From: an uncultured Chloroflexia bacterium
Lineage (GTDB): Bacteria; Chloroflexota; Limnocylindria; Limnocylindrales; CSP1-4
Length of the DNA: 64,000 nt
NCBI GenBank assembly: GCA_963720355.1
Contig: CAVRFH010000004.1
Location: forward strand, 723,361-787,360
Reading direction: 5' to 3'
Every line of letters starts with the position of its first letter. Positions within the stretch are counted from its first letter, which is position 1. The position numbers were made by a program, and so were the translations under genes. This document shows, one piece after another, positions 10,470-20,279 of the stretch. The notes under the pieces were generated by a model. It saw nothing but the letters and a program-made list of their open reading frames with translations. It was not told where the DNA came from and searched no databases.

Positions 10470-10558
10470 TCTGCCAGAGGGCGTCGGCGCACCGGTCGCG
10501 GGGCAGAGGAACGCCCCGTCCGGGCGGGCGGACGGGGCGTAGGAAGATTCGAGCGTTG

Positions 10559-10635
10559 TGGCGGACCCGACCGGATTCGAACCGGCGATCTCCAGCGTGA
10601 CAGGCTGGCATGTTGGGCCGCTACACCACGGGTCC
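10559..10635 (-). tRNA. tRNA-Asp (anticodon GTC)
   Basis: Folded by hand: acceptor GGACCCG/CGGGTCC, anticodon loop CTGTCAC, T-loop TTCGAAT, discriminator G and an encoded CCA. Confidence 0.9.
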
Positions 10636-10705
10636 AGTTGCGGCGAGGCCGGACTATAGCAGAGGCATCATGCCTTGTCAGACGTCCCGCCTATACTCGC
10701 CCTCC

Positions 10706-11854
10706 ATGCCCGACCGCCCCATCGACCTGCGCAGCGACACCGTCTCGCGACCCACCGACGCGATGCGTCGGGCCATGGCCGGGGCCGTCGTCGGCGACGA
10801 CGTCTTCGGCGACGACCCGACCGTCATCGCCCTCGAGGAGCGCGCCGCCGACCTGCTCGGCAAGGACGCCGGCCTCTTCGTGGCCACCGGGACGATGGGC
10901 AACCTCGTGTCGATGATGGCCCACCTCGCCCGCGGCCAGGAGGTCATCGCCGGCGCCGAGCACCACCTCGTCATCGACGAGGCCGCCGGACACGCGGTCG
11001 TCGTGGGCGCGAGCGCGCGCACGATCGAGGACCGTCCGGACGGGACGCTCGACCCGGCCGCCATCGACGCCGCGTTCCGGGACCCGAATGACGTCCACGA
11101 GCCGCTGTCGGGTCTCGTGACGATCGAGAACACCCACGCCCATTCGATGGGTCGTCCGCTCTCCCCGGCCTACGAGCGCGAGGTCGCCACGATCGCCCGC
11201 CGGCACGGCGTCCCGATGCACATCGATGGGGCCCGCTTCTGGAATGCCGTGGTGGCCCAGCGCGACGCCGGCGTCACCGCTCGCGACCTGGCCGGTCCGG
11301 CCGACTCGGTGACCTTCTGCCTGTCCAAGGGCCTGGGTTGCCCGATCGGTTCGGTGGTGGTCGGGTCGACGGACTTCATCGCTCGGGCGCGCCGGGCGCG
11401 CAAGCTCGTCGGCGGCGGCATGCGCCAGGTCGGTGTCCTGGCCGCGGCCGGCATGGTCGCCCTGTCGGACGGCCCCGACGGCATGATCGACCGCCTGGCC
11501 GATGACCATGCCAACGCCCGACGGCTGGCCGAGGCGCTGGCCGACATGGACGGCGTGACGAGCGCGGGTGGCATCGCCCAGCCGGCTGCGGGGCGGCTCG
11601 ATCCCGGCCGTGTCGTCACGAACTTCGTCCTCTTCAAGGTCGAGCGCGACCGCAAGGCGTTCCTCGCGGGCCTCGCAGCGCGGAACGTCCTGATGGTGGA
11701 CTATGCCCATGGTCAGGTCCGCGCGGCGACGCATCACGACGTCTCGAGCGCGGACATCGACACGGTGATCCGGGCGACGCGCGAGGTGCTCGCCGAGACG
11801 ACCCGGATCGACCCCGTCGACCGGCCATCCGAGCGGATCGCGGCGACCGCCTGA
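10706..11854 (+). CDS. ltaE: Low-specificity L-threonine aldolase
   Basis: Beta-eliminating lyase fold with DGARFWNA and [14 protein letters not shown] (PLP lysine); start placed at ATG 10706 ([11 protein letters not shown]). Confidence 0.8.
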   Translation: MPDRPIDLRSDTVSRPTDAMRRAMAGAVVGDDVFGDDPTVIALEERAADLLGKDAGLFVATGTMGNLVSMMAHLARGQEVIAGAEHHLVIDEAAGHAVVVGASARTIEDRPDGTLDPAAIDAAFRDPNDVHEPLSGLVTIENTHAHSMGRPLSPAYEREVATIARRHGVPMHIDGARFWNAVVAQRDAGVTARDLAGPADSVTFCLSKGLGCPIGSVVVGSTDFIARARRARKLVGGGMRQVGVLAAAGMVALSDGPDGMIDRLADDHANARRLAEALADMDGVTSAGGIAQPAAGRLDPGRVVTNFVLFKVERDRKAFLAGLAARNVLMVDYAHGQVRAATHHDVSSADIDTVIRATREVLAETTRIDPVDRPSERIAATA

Positions 11855-11939
11855 CCGCCCCGCTCCGACCGCATCCGCCGGCCGGTCGCTCGCCGGCCGG
11901 GTTCGCCACGAGGAGTCGACCCGTGCCCCTTTCGCCGAC

Positions 11940-13611
11940 ATGACCGATACGACACTGCCCCGGCCCGCCTCGGCGGCCGAGCCCGGCCCGCTCGACCAGG
12001 CGTTCTACGAGCTGGTCGAGTCGCGCTTCCGCCGGCTCCTGCAGGCCGACCCGGTCGCCGCGACCTACTTCGGCATCCACGACTACGACGACCAGCTCGG
12101 CGACGGTGGTCGCGAGACGATCGTGGCCGAGGTCGCCGCCGACCGCGAGCACCTGGCCGCGGTCGAGGGTCTCGACGACGACGCGATGTCGCCACCCGTC
12201 CGCTTCGAGCGCGACCTCGAGATGCACAACGTCCGCCGCTCGATCTTCGAGATGGACGAGCTGCGCGTCTGGGAGCGCCGCTCGCTTGCGCTCGATTCGG
12301 TCGGCGACGGCCTGTTCCTGTTGTTCGTCCGCGACCATGCCCCGCTGGCCGAGCGGCTCGATGCGATCGCCGGCCGGCTCGAGGCAGTGCCGCGCTACCT
12401 GGAGGAAGCGCGGACGCGCTCGACGGAACCGCAGGTGCGGCTGTGGCAGCGGATCGAGATCCAGACGGCCGGCCAGATGCCGGCCCTGTTCGACGAGCTC
12501 GTGGCGGCCGGGGCGGGCGCGCTGGCCTCGCCGGAACAGCGCCGACTCGAGCGCGCCGCGGGCGCAGCAGCCGTGGCGGTCGAGCTGTATGCGACCTGGC
12601 TGGAGGGCACGCTCGCGACCGGCACCGATGACTGGCCGACCGGCCGTGAGCTGCACGACCGCGCGGTGAGCCTGCGCGCGTTCGATGGGCTCGATGCCGA
12701 TGCGATCCTCGAGCTCGGGCAGCAGAAGCTGGCCGAGGAACGCGACGCGCGGGCGGCCGCGGCCCGTGAGATCGACGACTCCGCCGCTGAAGCCGACGTG
12801 ATCGAGCGGGTCAAGTCCGACCATGCGGAGACCTTCGCCGGCGCCCTCGAGGGCTACCAGGCCGCGATGCGTCGAGCGCGCGAGCATCTCGTCCAGCGCG
12901 GCCTGGTCACGGTGCCAGACGACGAGCGCATCGACGTCCTCGAGACGCCCGAATACCTGCGCAACGTCATCCCGTTCGCGGCGTACTTCTCGCCGGCCGC
13001 ATTCGACCGCGACTCGAAGGGGATCTACATCGTCACGCCGTCCGTCCACGGCGATCCGAACGCGATCCGCGAGCACAATCGCGCCTCGATCAGCAACACC
13101 AGCATCCACGAGGCGTATCCGGGCCACCACCTGCAGCTCGACGTCGCCCGCCGTCACCCGTCGCTGACCCGCCTGCTGGCCGATGCGCCCGAGTTCGTCG
13201 AAGGCTGGGGGATGTACTCGGAGCTCATGATGCGCGAGCAGGGCTTCGACGACGGGCCGGAGTATCGGCTCATGCTCCACACCGATGCGATCTGGCGGGC
13301 CTGCCGGATCATCCTCGACGTCCGCCTGCACCGCGGCGAGCTGACGGTCGACGAGGGCGTCGACTTCCTCGTCGAGCAGACGCGCTTCGCGCGCGACAAC
13401 GCTCGGTCCGAGGTCGAGTGGTACACGTACCGGCCCACCTATCCCATGTCGTACCTGCTCGGTCGAACGCTGATCCTCGAGCTCCGGGCGGACGAGCAAC
13501 GCCGGCTCGGGGATCGCGTTCTCGCTGCGCGACTTCCACGACACGCTGCTGCGCAACGGGTCGCTACCGATCAGCTTCCACCGGCGGCTGCTCGCGGGCG
13601 AGGGCGTCTGA
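11940..13611 (+). CDS. DUF885-family protein (HEAYPGHH metallopeptidase-like motif) with a C-terminal frameshift near 13510
   Basis: HEAYPGHHLQ motif. After RRLG the annotated frame turns to Arg-rich junk, whereas the +1 frame reads FSLRDFHDTLLRNGSLPISFHRRLLAGEGV and stops at 13611. Confidence 0.7.
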
Positions 13612-13615
13612 GCGC

Positions 13616-14318
13616 GTGCTGGTCATCCCCTCCATCGACATCGAGGGCGGGCGCTCGCGGATCGTCTACTGGCCGGGCGCGTCGGTCGGGATCGGCGCCC
13701 CGACCGATCGACCCGACCGGATCGTTGAGCGACTCGTGCGACCAGGGGGCGAAGCTCGTCCACCTCATCGATTTCGACGGCGCCCGCGCCGGAGCGCCGG
13801 TCAACCTGGAGACGGTCGGCGCGATCGCGTCCCGCGCGGCCGTGGCCCTGCAGCTCGCGGGCGGCCTAGAATTCGAGCGAGGCGATCCAGCTGGCCTTCG
13901 CGGCCGGCGCCACCCGGGTCGTGCTGAGCACGGCCATCGCCGACCGCCCCGACGACCTGCGGGCCTGCCTGGCGGTCGCCGGGGACTGGCTGGCGGTCGG
14001 CCTCGATCCGCGCCCGGAACGGCTCGCGGCCTTCCCCTGGCGGCGCCCGCGCCCGCCCACCGTGGAGGCGCTGTTCGGTGAGCTCGTCGGCCAGGGCGTG
14101 ACCCGCTTCGTGCTGGCCCACGGCGGCACGGATCCCGACCTGGAGCGGGTGCGATCGCTGGTTCGGTCGTACGATGCCGAGATCCTCGTCGCCGGGGGCG
14201 TTCGCGACCTCGACGGTCTGCGCCGGGTGCGTGAGACCGGCGCGGCGGCCGTGATCCTCGGCGAGGCCTCCTGTCCGGAGCCATCGAGTATCCCGCCGCC
14301 CTGGAGATCGCCGCATGA
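13616..14318 (+). pseudogene. HisA/PriA-like (beta/alpha)8 isomerase split over three frames by at least three frameshifts
   Basis: Three pieces match the HisA layout in three frames: VLVIPSIDIEGG; KLVHLIDFDGARAGAPVNLETVGAIA; and VVLSTAIADRPDDL...AAVILGEA...AIEYPAALEIAA stop. One shift falls in a GGGGG run near 13745. Confidence 0.5.
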
Positions 14319-14960
14319 CCGTTCGTCGCTCGTCCCCGCTCACGCTGGTGGCCGCGTTGGCCATGTTCCTGGCGGTCGGCGCGTGCAGCGTGGCGCCCGG
14401 GGCGACCGCCGGCGTCGCCGAGCCGCCCGCTGATCCCGCGATCGCCGGGTGCCCGACCACGCAGCCCGCCGCGCTCGCGGCCGGCGAGAGGCGCGACGTG
14501 ACGATCACCACGGACCTCGGATGCGATCACCTTGGCCGTCGAGGCTGACCTCTCGCCGATCGCCGCCGGCAACTTCGTCGCGCTGGCCGACTGCGGCTTC
14601 TACGACGGCGTCATCTTCCATCGGGTCGTCCCGGGGTTCGTCATCCAGGGGTGGCGATCCGACGGGGTCCGGTCGCGGCGGGCCGGGCTACACGATCAGG
14701 GACGAGCCGGTCACGTCGCGCTACGCTCGCGGGGTCGTGGCGATGGCCCGAACGCCGGCGCCGGACTCGGTCGGCTCGCAGTTCTTCATCGTCCTCGACG
14801 ACGAGGCGCGCTCCGCGCTGGAGGATGCCAACACCTACCAGATCATCGGCACGGTGTCCGCCGGTATGGACGCCGTCGATGCGATCGCCGCGGCGGCCGA
14901 CGCCGAGCGGCCCAGTGATCCGGTCGTCATGACCGACGTAACGTGTCGACCCCGTGACCG
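14315..14960 (+). pseudogene. Cyclophilin-type peptidyl-prolyl isomerase, lipoprotein form, with at least two frameshifts
   Basis: N-terminal lipobox (LAVGACS) in one frame; [18 protein letters not shown] in a second; [12 protein letters not shown]...DPVVMTDVT in a third. Confidence 0.6.
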
Positions 14961-14983
14961 CCCCCACGAGAGGAGACCGCCCA

Positions 14984-15457
14984 TGACCCGCGCCACTATC
15001 GCCACCGAGATCGGCGACATCGAGATCGAGCTGTACGACACAGTCCGCGCCCAAGGCCGCCCAGAACTTCATCGACCTCGCGAAGAAGGGCTTCTACGAC
15101 GACGTGATCTTCCATCGCGTCATCCCCGGCTTCGTGATCCAGGGCGGCGACGGCCAATACGGCAAGAAAGCCGCCCTCAAGGAGGTCAGCGTCGGGACCG
15201 GCGGACCGGGCTACAAGTTCGAGGACGAGCCGGTCAAGGGCGAGTACGTGCGCGGTTCGCTGGCCATGGCCAACGCGGGCCCGAACACGAACGGCAGCCA
15301 GTTCTTCATCTGCACCGACGACCTAGCCGGCAAGCTGCCGAAGAACTACACGCTCTTCGGGTCGGTCACGAAGGGCCTGGACGTCGTGGATCGCATCGTG
15401 TCGGCACCGCGTAACGGTCGGGATCTGCCGAACGAGCCGGTGGCGATGACGCAGTGA
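14984..15457 (+). CDS. Cyclophilin-type peptidyl-prolyl isomerase, cytoplasmic form, with one frameshift near 15045
   Basis: MTRATIATEIGDIEIELYDT, then a shift to AAQNFIDLAKKGFYDDVIFHRVIPGFVIQGGD...GSQFFICTDD; this second frame is ORF 15104..15457. Confidence 0.7.
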
Positions 15458-16899
15458 CGATCCATCGATCGAGGGCTGACCGAGCCCGCCCGGTGGGCCG
15501 CGGCGCGCCTCGAGGCCGCGAGGATCGCATCGGCCGACCGATCGATGTCGTCCTCACGGGTGTTCCAGCCCGAGACCGAGATCCGGATCGCCGGCTCGCC
15601 GTGGAAGCTCGAGCCACCGAGCCAAGCCGTGCCATCGGCCTGGATGCGGGCGATGACATCGGCCGTGAACTCGGCGTCGCCGAAGCTCAGCAGCACCTGG
15701 TTGAGTACGACTTCGTTGATGATGCGGATGTCAGGCCGGTTGGCCAGTCGGCGGGCCATGCGCGCCGCCAGGTCGCAGCACCGTTCGACCATCTCCGCGA
15801 TCCCCGTCGCGCCGAGTGACCGGATCGCAGCGTAGATCGGGAAGCCGCGGCCGCGCCGCGACAGCTCCGGGACCCAGTCGAACGGGTCGCGTTGCTCGCC
15901 GTCGGCCAGCGGCAGGTAGGCGCGCTGAGATGGCCATCGACGCCCGATGCGCGGCGGCGTCGCGGACGAAGACCACGCCGGCGTCGTACGGCACGTTGAG
16001 CCATTTGTGGGCGTCGGTTGCCCAGGAATCGGCGCCGTCGTACCCGGCGACCAGCGGCCGCAGCCGGGGGCTGGCCGCGGCCCACAGCCCGAACGCCCCG
16101 TCGACGTGGAGCCAGGCGTTGGGGTGATCGGCGGACGGCGGCCACGATCCGCGTCGATCGGATCGGACGCGCCGGTGTTCACCTCGCCGAGCTGGGCGCA
16201 GACGATCGCCGGTCCGGACCGGCCGTCGAGGGCATCGCGCGAGGGCGTCGGGTCCATGCGGCCCTCGTCGTCGGCGGGACCGCTCGGCGCGCGCCCGCCC
16301 CAGGCCGACATAGCGCAGCGCGACGAGCAACGAGGCGTGGGCATCGGCCCCGATCGATGACCCGGATCGGTGGCGCGCCGCATGAGGCCCTGGCCTCCTC
16401 GACGTCCCAGCCGACCCGGCGCAGGACCGCGTGGCGGGCCGCCGCCAGGGCGACGAAGTTGGCCATCGTCGTCGCCGCTCGTGAAACCGACGGTCGCCTC
16501 GGCCGGGAGCCCGAGCAGCTCGACGAGCCAGCGCGCAGCGACCTCCTCGACGACGGCCGCCGCCGGTGCCGCGACATACGGTCCGACGTTCTGGTCCCAG
16601 GCCGACGTCAGCCAATCGGCAGCCAGCGCCGCCGGCACGGAGCCGCCGATGACGAACCCGAAGTAGCGCGGCCCGCTCATGGTCATGAGGCCGGGTTCAA
16701 CGCCCCGCGCGAGCTCGTCGATGACCGTCTCTGCATCGGTGCCGCGCTGCGGGAGCGGCCCGTCGAGCGCGCGTCGCAGGTCGTCGACGGTCGACGTCCG
16801 GGGCGGGTCCGACGCGACGCGCTCCGGCCGACGCCCGATACTCGACCGCGAGTCCGGCGGCGCGCCGGAGCAGGTCGGCCGTCCCCGCGTCTGGGTCAT
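15346..16899 (-). pseudogene. PLP-dependent decarboxylase (group II, DABA/aromatic-amino-acid type) with four or more frameshifts
   Basis: The N-terminus, the [12 protein letters not shown] segment, the HVDGAFG...[14 protein letters not shown]-lysine core and the C-terminus all match group II decarboxylases, but they are spread over three frames (ORFs 15346..17091, 16179..16577 and 15731..16615). Confidence 0.7.
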
Positions 16900-17041
16900 C
16901 GGCGGTCGCTTGCGTGGACTTCGGATCGGCCGCGATCTCGCCCTCCTCCGGCCCTCGCTACGCGTACTCGCACGAAGGTTAAGGAATTTACACAGACAGG
17001 TCGTGCCAAAACCCCTTGGAAATCGACCCCTTTGACGGTAC

Positions 17042-17071
17042 GATATCGGGGCTGTTAAAGTCAGCCAAAGC
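17042..17071 (+). promoter_or_regulatory. Promoter-like TTGACG-18 nt-TAAAGT inside an AT-richer island
   Basis: Hexamers at 17042..17047 and 17066..17071 sit in the only AT-rich stretch of the window (16960..17110); no plus-strand CDS lies downstream. Confidence 0.3.
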
Positions 17072-17074
17072 TGC

Positions 17075-17230
17075 CCCAGCGTCAAGGTCATGGGTAGGTA
17101 GGGTCAGGGTAGTCGGTGCAGCCGACGTGATAGATGCCTTTGGCGCGTGGCAGAAGTGTCCGTTTCGGCGGACTCCTTCACCGGGACAGCATCGAGGCGG
17201 CTCCTTCGGGGGCCGCCTCGAACTTTTCGT
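17075..17230 (+). ncRNA. Candidate small RNA of roughly 155 nt, from the promoter-like site to the terminator-like hairpin
   Basis: Bounded by the sigma70-like hexamers and the GC hairpin plus TTTT at 17194..17227; it lies between two minus-strand genes, so a plus-strand terminator has no CDS to serve. Confidence 0.3.
17194..17227 (+). terminator. Rho-independent-terminator-like hairpin on the plus strand
   Basis: GAGGCGGC(tccttcgggg)GCCGCCTC followed by aacTTTTcg; on the minus strand the hairpin is preceded by A-rich sequence and not followed by U-rich sequence. Confidence 0.4.
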
Positions 17231-17254
17231 CGATCGCCGGAGGCGGTCGCCGTC

Positions 17255-17788
17255 CTAGGCCCCGGCCACCTCGCCGCCGTAGGCCATGCCCGTCGGATGC
17301 AGCTCCTCGAGGAGTCGCACGACCGCGACGTCGATGGCCTCGCGCAGATCGGCGGAGGACGCCGGACTCGCCCAGCCGATGCCGACCCGGACGTGGTCAT
17401 GGCCCTGCAGCAGCATCTCGCACACGTCGCGGACGCGCTCCACGACGTTGATCGCCTCGATCTCGTCGGTCTCCGTCAGCATGATCCCGAAGCGCGTGCG
17501 CTCGATACGGGCGATGTGGTCGCTCGCCCGGATCTCGACGGCCAGGGCCCGCGCGATCTTCACGAACAGTCGCTCGGCGACATCGGAGCCGTCGGCACGG
17601 GCGAGGTCGTCGAAGCCGGCCATCTCGACCAGGGCGACGGTCGTCGGGCGCCGGGTCCTCTGGACCCTGGATACCTCGGACGAGACGACGCGGTCCCACA
17701 GCCGTGGGCCGTCCGTGCCGGTGAGGGGGTCGCTCCAGCCCGACGGTTCCGGCGGCAGCAATCCGACGTCGGTCCCGTCGTCCATCAT
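17255..17788 (-). CDS. GGDEF-domain protein with a degenerate active site (RTRF in place of GGDEF/GGEEF)
   Basis: WSDPLTG ... ALVEMAGFDDL ... RIERTRFGIML follows the GGDEF template, but the catalytic motif is not conserved; start taken at the MMDDG Met. Confidence 0.5.
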   Translation of the reverse strand: MMDDGTDVGLLPPEPSGWSDPLTGTDGPRLWDRVVSSEVSRVQRTRRPTTVALVEMAGFDDLARADGSDVAERLFVKIARALAVEIRASDHIARIERTRFGIMLTETDEIEAINVVERVRDVCEMLLQGHDHVRVGIGWASPASSADLREAIDVAVVRLLEELHPTGMAYGGEVAGA

Positions 17789-18087
17789 CTCGACTTCGTT
17801 GCGCTCCGGATCGTGGTGCACGCCGACTCCTGAGGAAACCTGGCGATGGCTCGCGCGGTGCGGCCTACCCGACCCACGGCTGCGCCCACGCTCATCGTCG
17901 CCGAGATGTCCGGAAAAGACTGGAACCGAGTGGTACTGATCGGGACGCCGAAGGTCCGGGGCGGCACCGATCAGGCGATGCCGTGACCGGCGCGGCCTCA
18001 CCCTCATCGTGGCGTGGCCGCGGCGCTCGCCGACCGCCTGCCAGCTGCGGTCAGCGTGGACGCCGTCGCTAGGCCGGCGAGCGATGC

Positions 18088-18438
18088 CTACTTGGACCAG
18101 TAGGGCGTGAAGAGGACCGGCACGTCGCTCCCAGCCAAGTTCGCTCTGAGCTCGTCGCTCGGTTCACCGAGCACTTCGCCGTGCACCACGGAGACCGTCG
18201 CAAGGACCGCCGCGAACAAGGGGCCGAGATTCGCGGCGTGCGCGATCGCCGATTCGGAGTCGCGGTACCGTTCGATGACCATGCATTCGGACTGATCGCC
18301 GTTGAGGTAGAGGTCGTATCCCAGCGTGCCGGGGTCCTTCGCCCGCACGATCTCCCTGGCCTCCTCGGACAGGCGGAGGTATTCCTCGCGCTTGCCCTCG
18401 TGAAACTTGAATTGGGCGATGCCCAGAAGCTCACTCAT
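18088..18438 (-). CDS. ABM/Dabb-type alpha-beta-barrel (stress-responsive, monooxygenase-like) protein
   Basis: 116-aa ORF with the small ferredoxin-like ABM pattern (ECMVIERYRDSESAIAH). Confidence 0.55.
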   Translation of the reverse strand: MSELLGIAQFKFHEGKREEYLRLSEEAREIVRAKDPGTLGYDLYLNGDQSECMVIERYRDSESAIAHAANLGPLFAAVLATVSVVHGEVLGEPSDELRANLAGSDVPVLFTPYWSK

Positions 18439-18492
18439 GGCTCAGTCCTCCAGGACTTGACGACGGACGCCGAGGTTCCGGCGTCCCGCCGA

Positions 18493-18560
18493 TATCATCG
18501 CGGTCCGCGCGCCTGGGCTCAGTGGATCGACCGTCGGCCTCGACGGATCGGTCGATCGTG
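18493..18560 (+). repeat. Degenerate copy of the tRNA-Arg 5' half plus its 8-nt upstream flank (pseudo-tRNA fragment)
   Basis: 18493..18515 matches 19600..19622 (tatcatcgcggtccgcgcgcctg) at 23/23, followed by about 45 nt at roughly 75% identity to the tRNA-Arg D and anticodon arms; the fragment cannot fold as a tRNA. Confidence 0.55.
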
Positions 18561-18590
18561 ATCGTCTCCGCCCCGGGCAAAGCCAACGCC

Positions 18591-19234
18591 TCACAGGTCC
18601 CCAGGATCGAACACCTGGTCGGCGATGGTCTGGGCGGTCCATTCGATCCACTCGGCGTGCGTCCAGCCGTAGGTGTTAACGAGCATTCGATACGGACCGA
18701 CGTCGACGCGGAACAGCAGCAGATGGGTCGCCCGCTCGGGCGTCAGGCCAGGGCGCAGCGGCGCCTTGGTCAGCAGGACATCGAGGAACGCGCGGTACCC
18801 GTCGGCACGCCACTCCTCGTGGAACGGGGCGATGTCGTCCGCGTCTCGACTTCCCTCGGCCCCTACCAGGGCCGGGACGAGCGGCGCCATCATGCGTTCC
18901 ATTTCGCCGACGCCTGAGACGAAGGCGCGCAGGGCCGTGATCAGGTCTGGGGCACGGACGGCCTCGCGATAGAAGGGCCGCTCTTCGGGGGGCCGCGAAT
19001 CCGACTCCTCCCCCATGACCACGTAGGCGACGGCGCGACTGAGAGCTCGGCCTTCGTGTGGAACACGAAATAGACCGTCTGGACGGCAACGCCAGCCCGT
19101 TCGGCCACGTCGGCCATCGTCGAGCCAGCGTAGCCCTGCTCACAGAACGCTTCGTAGGCGGCCTTCACGATCCGCCGATGCGTCACCTGCGAGCGCTCAC
19201 GGCGCGTCTGCAGCGTCTCTCTTGACCGGTCCAT
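18591..19234 (-). CDS. TetR-family transcriptional regulator with one frameshift near 19030
   Basis: The HTH region (ORF 18941..19234, AGVAVQTVYFVFHTKAEL) and the ligand-binding region (ORF 18591..19022) are in different frames; the junction reads ...HTKAEL/SRAVAYVVMGEES. Confidence 0.7.
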
Positions 19235-19484
19235 GAGCGGTCCGTTCGAGGCCCTCGGTCAGGAGCGCTTCGCGGCCCTCGGCTGGGCGCTGGTCGCGGT
19301 CTCCGCGCTCGACGTGGTCGCCGGCCTCTGGTTGTGGCAGGGTCGACGGCGGGGTCTCCGGCTGGGTCTGGCCACGATGCTGCCGGCGCTCGGGCTGGGC
19401 GCGGGGTTCGCACTGCCATTCCTGCTCGTGGGCGTTCCCATCCGAACGGTCCTTATGCTGGCCGGACGGCGCGGCCTCCGCTGA
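19233..19484 (+). CDS. Possible small 2-TM membrane protein, divergent from the TetR gene
   Basis: 83-aa ORF with two hydrophobic segments; it overlaps the TetR start codon, so the true start is uncertain. Confidence 0.3.
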   Translation: MSGPFEALGQERFAALGWALVAVSALDVVAGLWLWQGRRRGLRLGLATMLPALGLGAGFALPFLLVGVPIRTVLMLAGRRGLR

Positions 19485-19615
19485 AGCCGATGTTCCCTCG
19501 CTGCGGCTCCTGCAGCCGCCGGTCCCCGCGATCGGCCGAGCCGAGGACCTGCAACGATCGAGCGTAGAACCAGAAGTAGGTCTGGCCACGCTCGGCGGGT
19601 ATCATCGCGGTCCGC

Positions 19616-19691
19616 GCGCCTGTAGCTCAGTGGATAGAGCGTCGGCCTCCGGAGCCGAAGGTCGCAGGTTCGAATCCTGTCGGGCGCGCCA
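19616..19691 (+). tRNA. tRNA-Arg (anticodon CCG)
   Basis: Folded by hand: acceptor GCGCCTG/CGGGCGC, D-arm GCTCAGTGGATAGAGC, anticodon stem-loop TCGGC-CTCCGGA-GCCGA, T-loop TTCGAAT, encoded CCA. Confidence 0.9.
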
Positions 19692-19894
19692 TTTCAACGG
19701 TGGTCGTGGCTGTCCGGGTGGGTTCACCGCCTGTTGACGCCGATCCTCTTCGCGCTCACGTGGCCCTGCTCTGGATGTCGACTCGGATCGGCGAGCAGAT
19801 GGTCAGGCGAGCGCTGCGCTAGCGAGCGAACCGGCGGGACGAGCTTGCCGTCGTCGGTCTCGGGCACTTGCGGTCCTCGGTTCCTGCGAGTTAC

Positions 19895-19914
19895 ACTGAA
19901 CCGAATGGTTCAGT
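19895..19914 (+). promoter_or_regulatory. Perfect 8-4-8 palindrome ACTGAACCgaatGGTTCAGT overlapping the ArsR start codon; candidate autoregulatory operator
   Basis: The inverted repeat is centred on gaATGg, which is the ArsR ATG at 19905. Confidence 0.45.
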
Positions 19915-20228
19915 ATTCGAGCGCTCGGCTCGATGCCTCCTTCGCGGCGCTCTCGGACGCCACGCGACGCGGCGTTCTGGAGCAGCTCGGGCGTGCCGAC
20001 GCGTCGATCACGGACCTGGCCCAGACGTTCCACATGACCCTCACGGGCATGCGAAAGCACGTCGGCGTCCTGGAGCAAGCCGAGCTCGTCACCACGGAGA
20101 AGGTCGGGCGCGTGCGGACATGCCGGCTCGGCCCGCGCCGACTCGAAGAGGAGACGGCATGGATCGAGCGGTACCGCCAGCTCTGGGACGCACGCTTCGA
20201 TGATTGGACAAGGTCGTCGAGGAACTGA
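19905..20228 (+). CDS. ArsR/SmtB-family HTH transcriptional regulator
   Basis: LSDATRRGVLEQL...ITDLAQTFHMTLTGMRKHVGVLEQAELV is a winged HTH of the ArsR type; about 107 aa from the internal Met. Confidence 0.8.
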   Translation: MVQYSSARLDASFAALSDATRRGVLEQLGRADASITDLAQTFHMTLTGMRKHVGVLEQAELVTTEKVGRVRTCRLGPRRLEEETAWIERYRQLWDARFDDWTRSSRN

Positions 20229-20279
20229 AGCGGAAGGAGAAGGTCGATGGACGCAAGGAAGAGAGAGTGAGCCCACCCC

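Noticed and set aside
9337-10611. 424-aa minus-strand ORF, plus the plus-strand ORFs at 8910..9851 and 9781..10542
   Set aside because: All are alternative frames over the CapA gene and the tRNA-Asp; only the 8805..10469 frame gives a calcineurin-like phosphoesterase.
11634-13556. 640-aa minus-strand ORF
   Set aside because: It lies antisense to the DUF885 gene, whose plus-strand product has a clear HEAYPGHH motif and protein-like composition. The minus-frame translation is Arg/Gly/Pro-rich nonsense.
17194-17227. The hairpin as the terminator of the minus-strand GGDEF gene
   Set aside because: In the minus-strand orientation the T-run precedes the stem instead of following it, and the stem is followed by gaugcug; it works better as a plus-strand terminator.
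18493-19691. Integrated mobile element or prophage at tRNA-Arg
   Set aside because: There is no integrase, recombinase or transposase ORF anywhere in the window, and the duplicated segment is the tRNA 5' half, not the 3' attachment core. It is reported as a duplication scar only.
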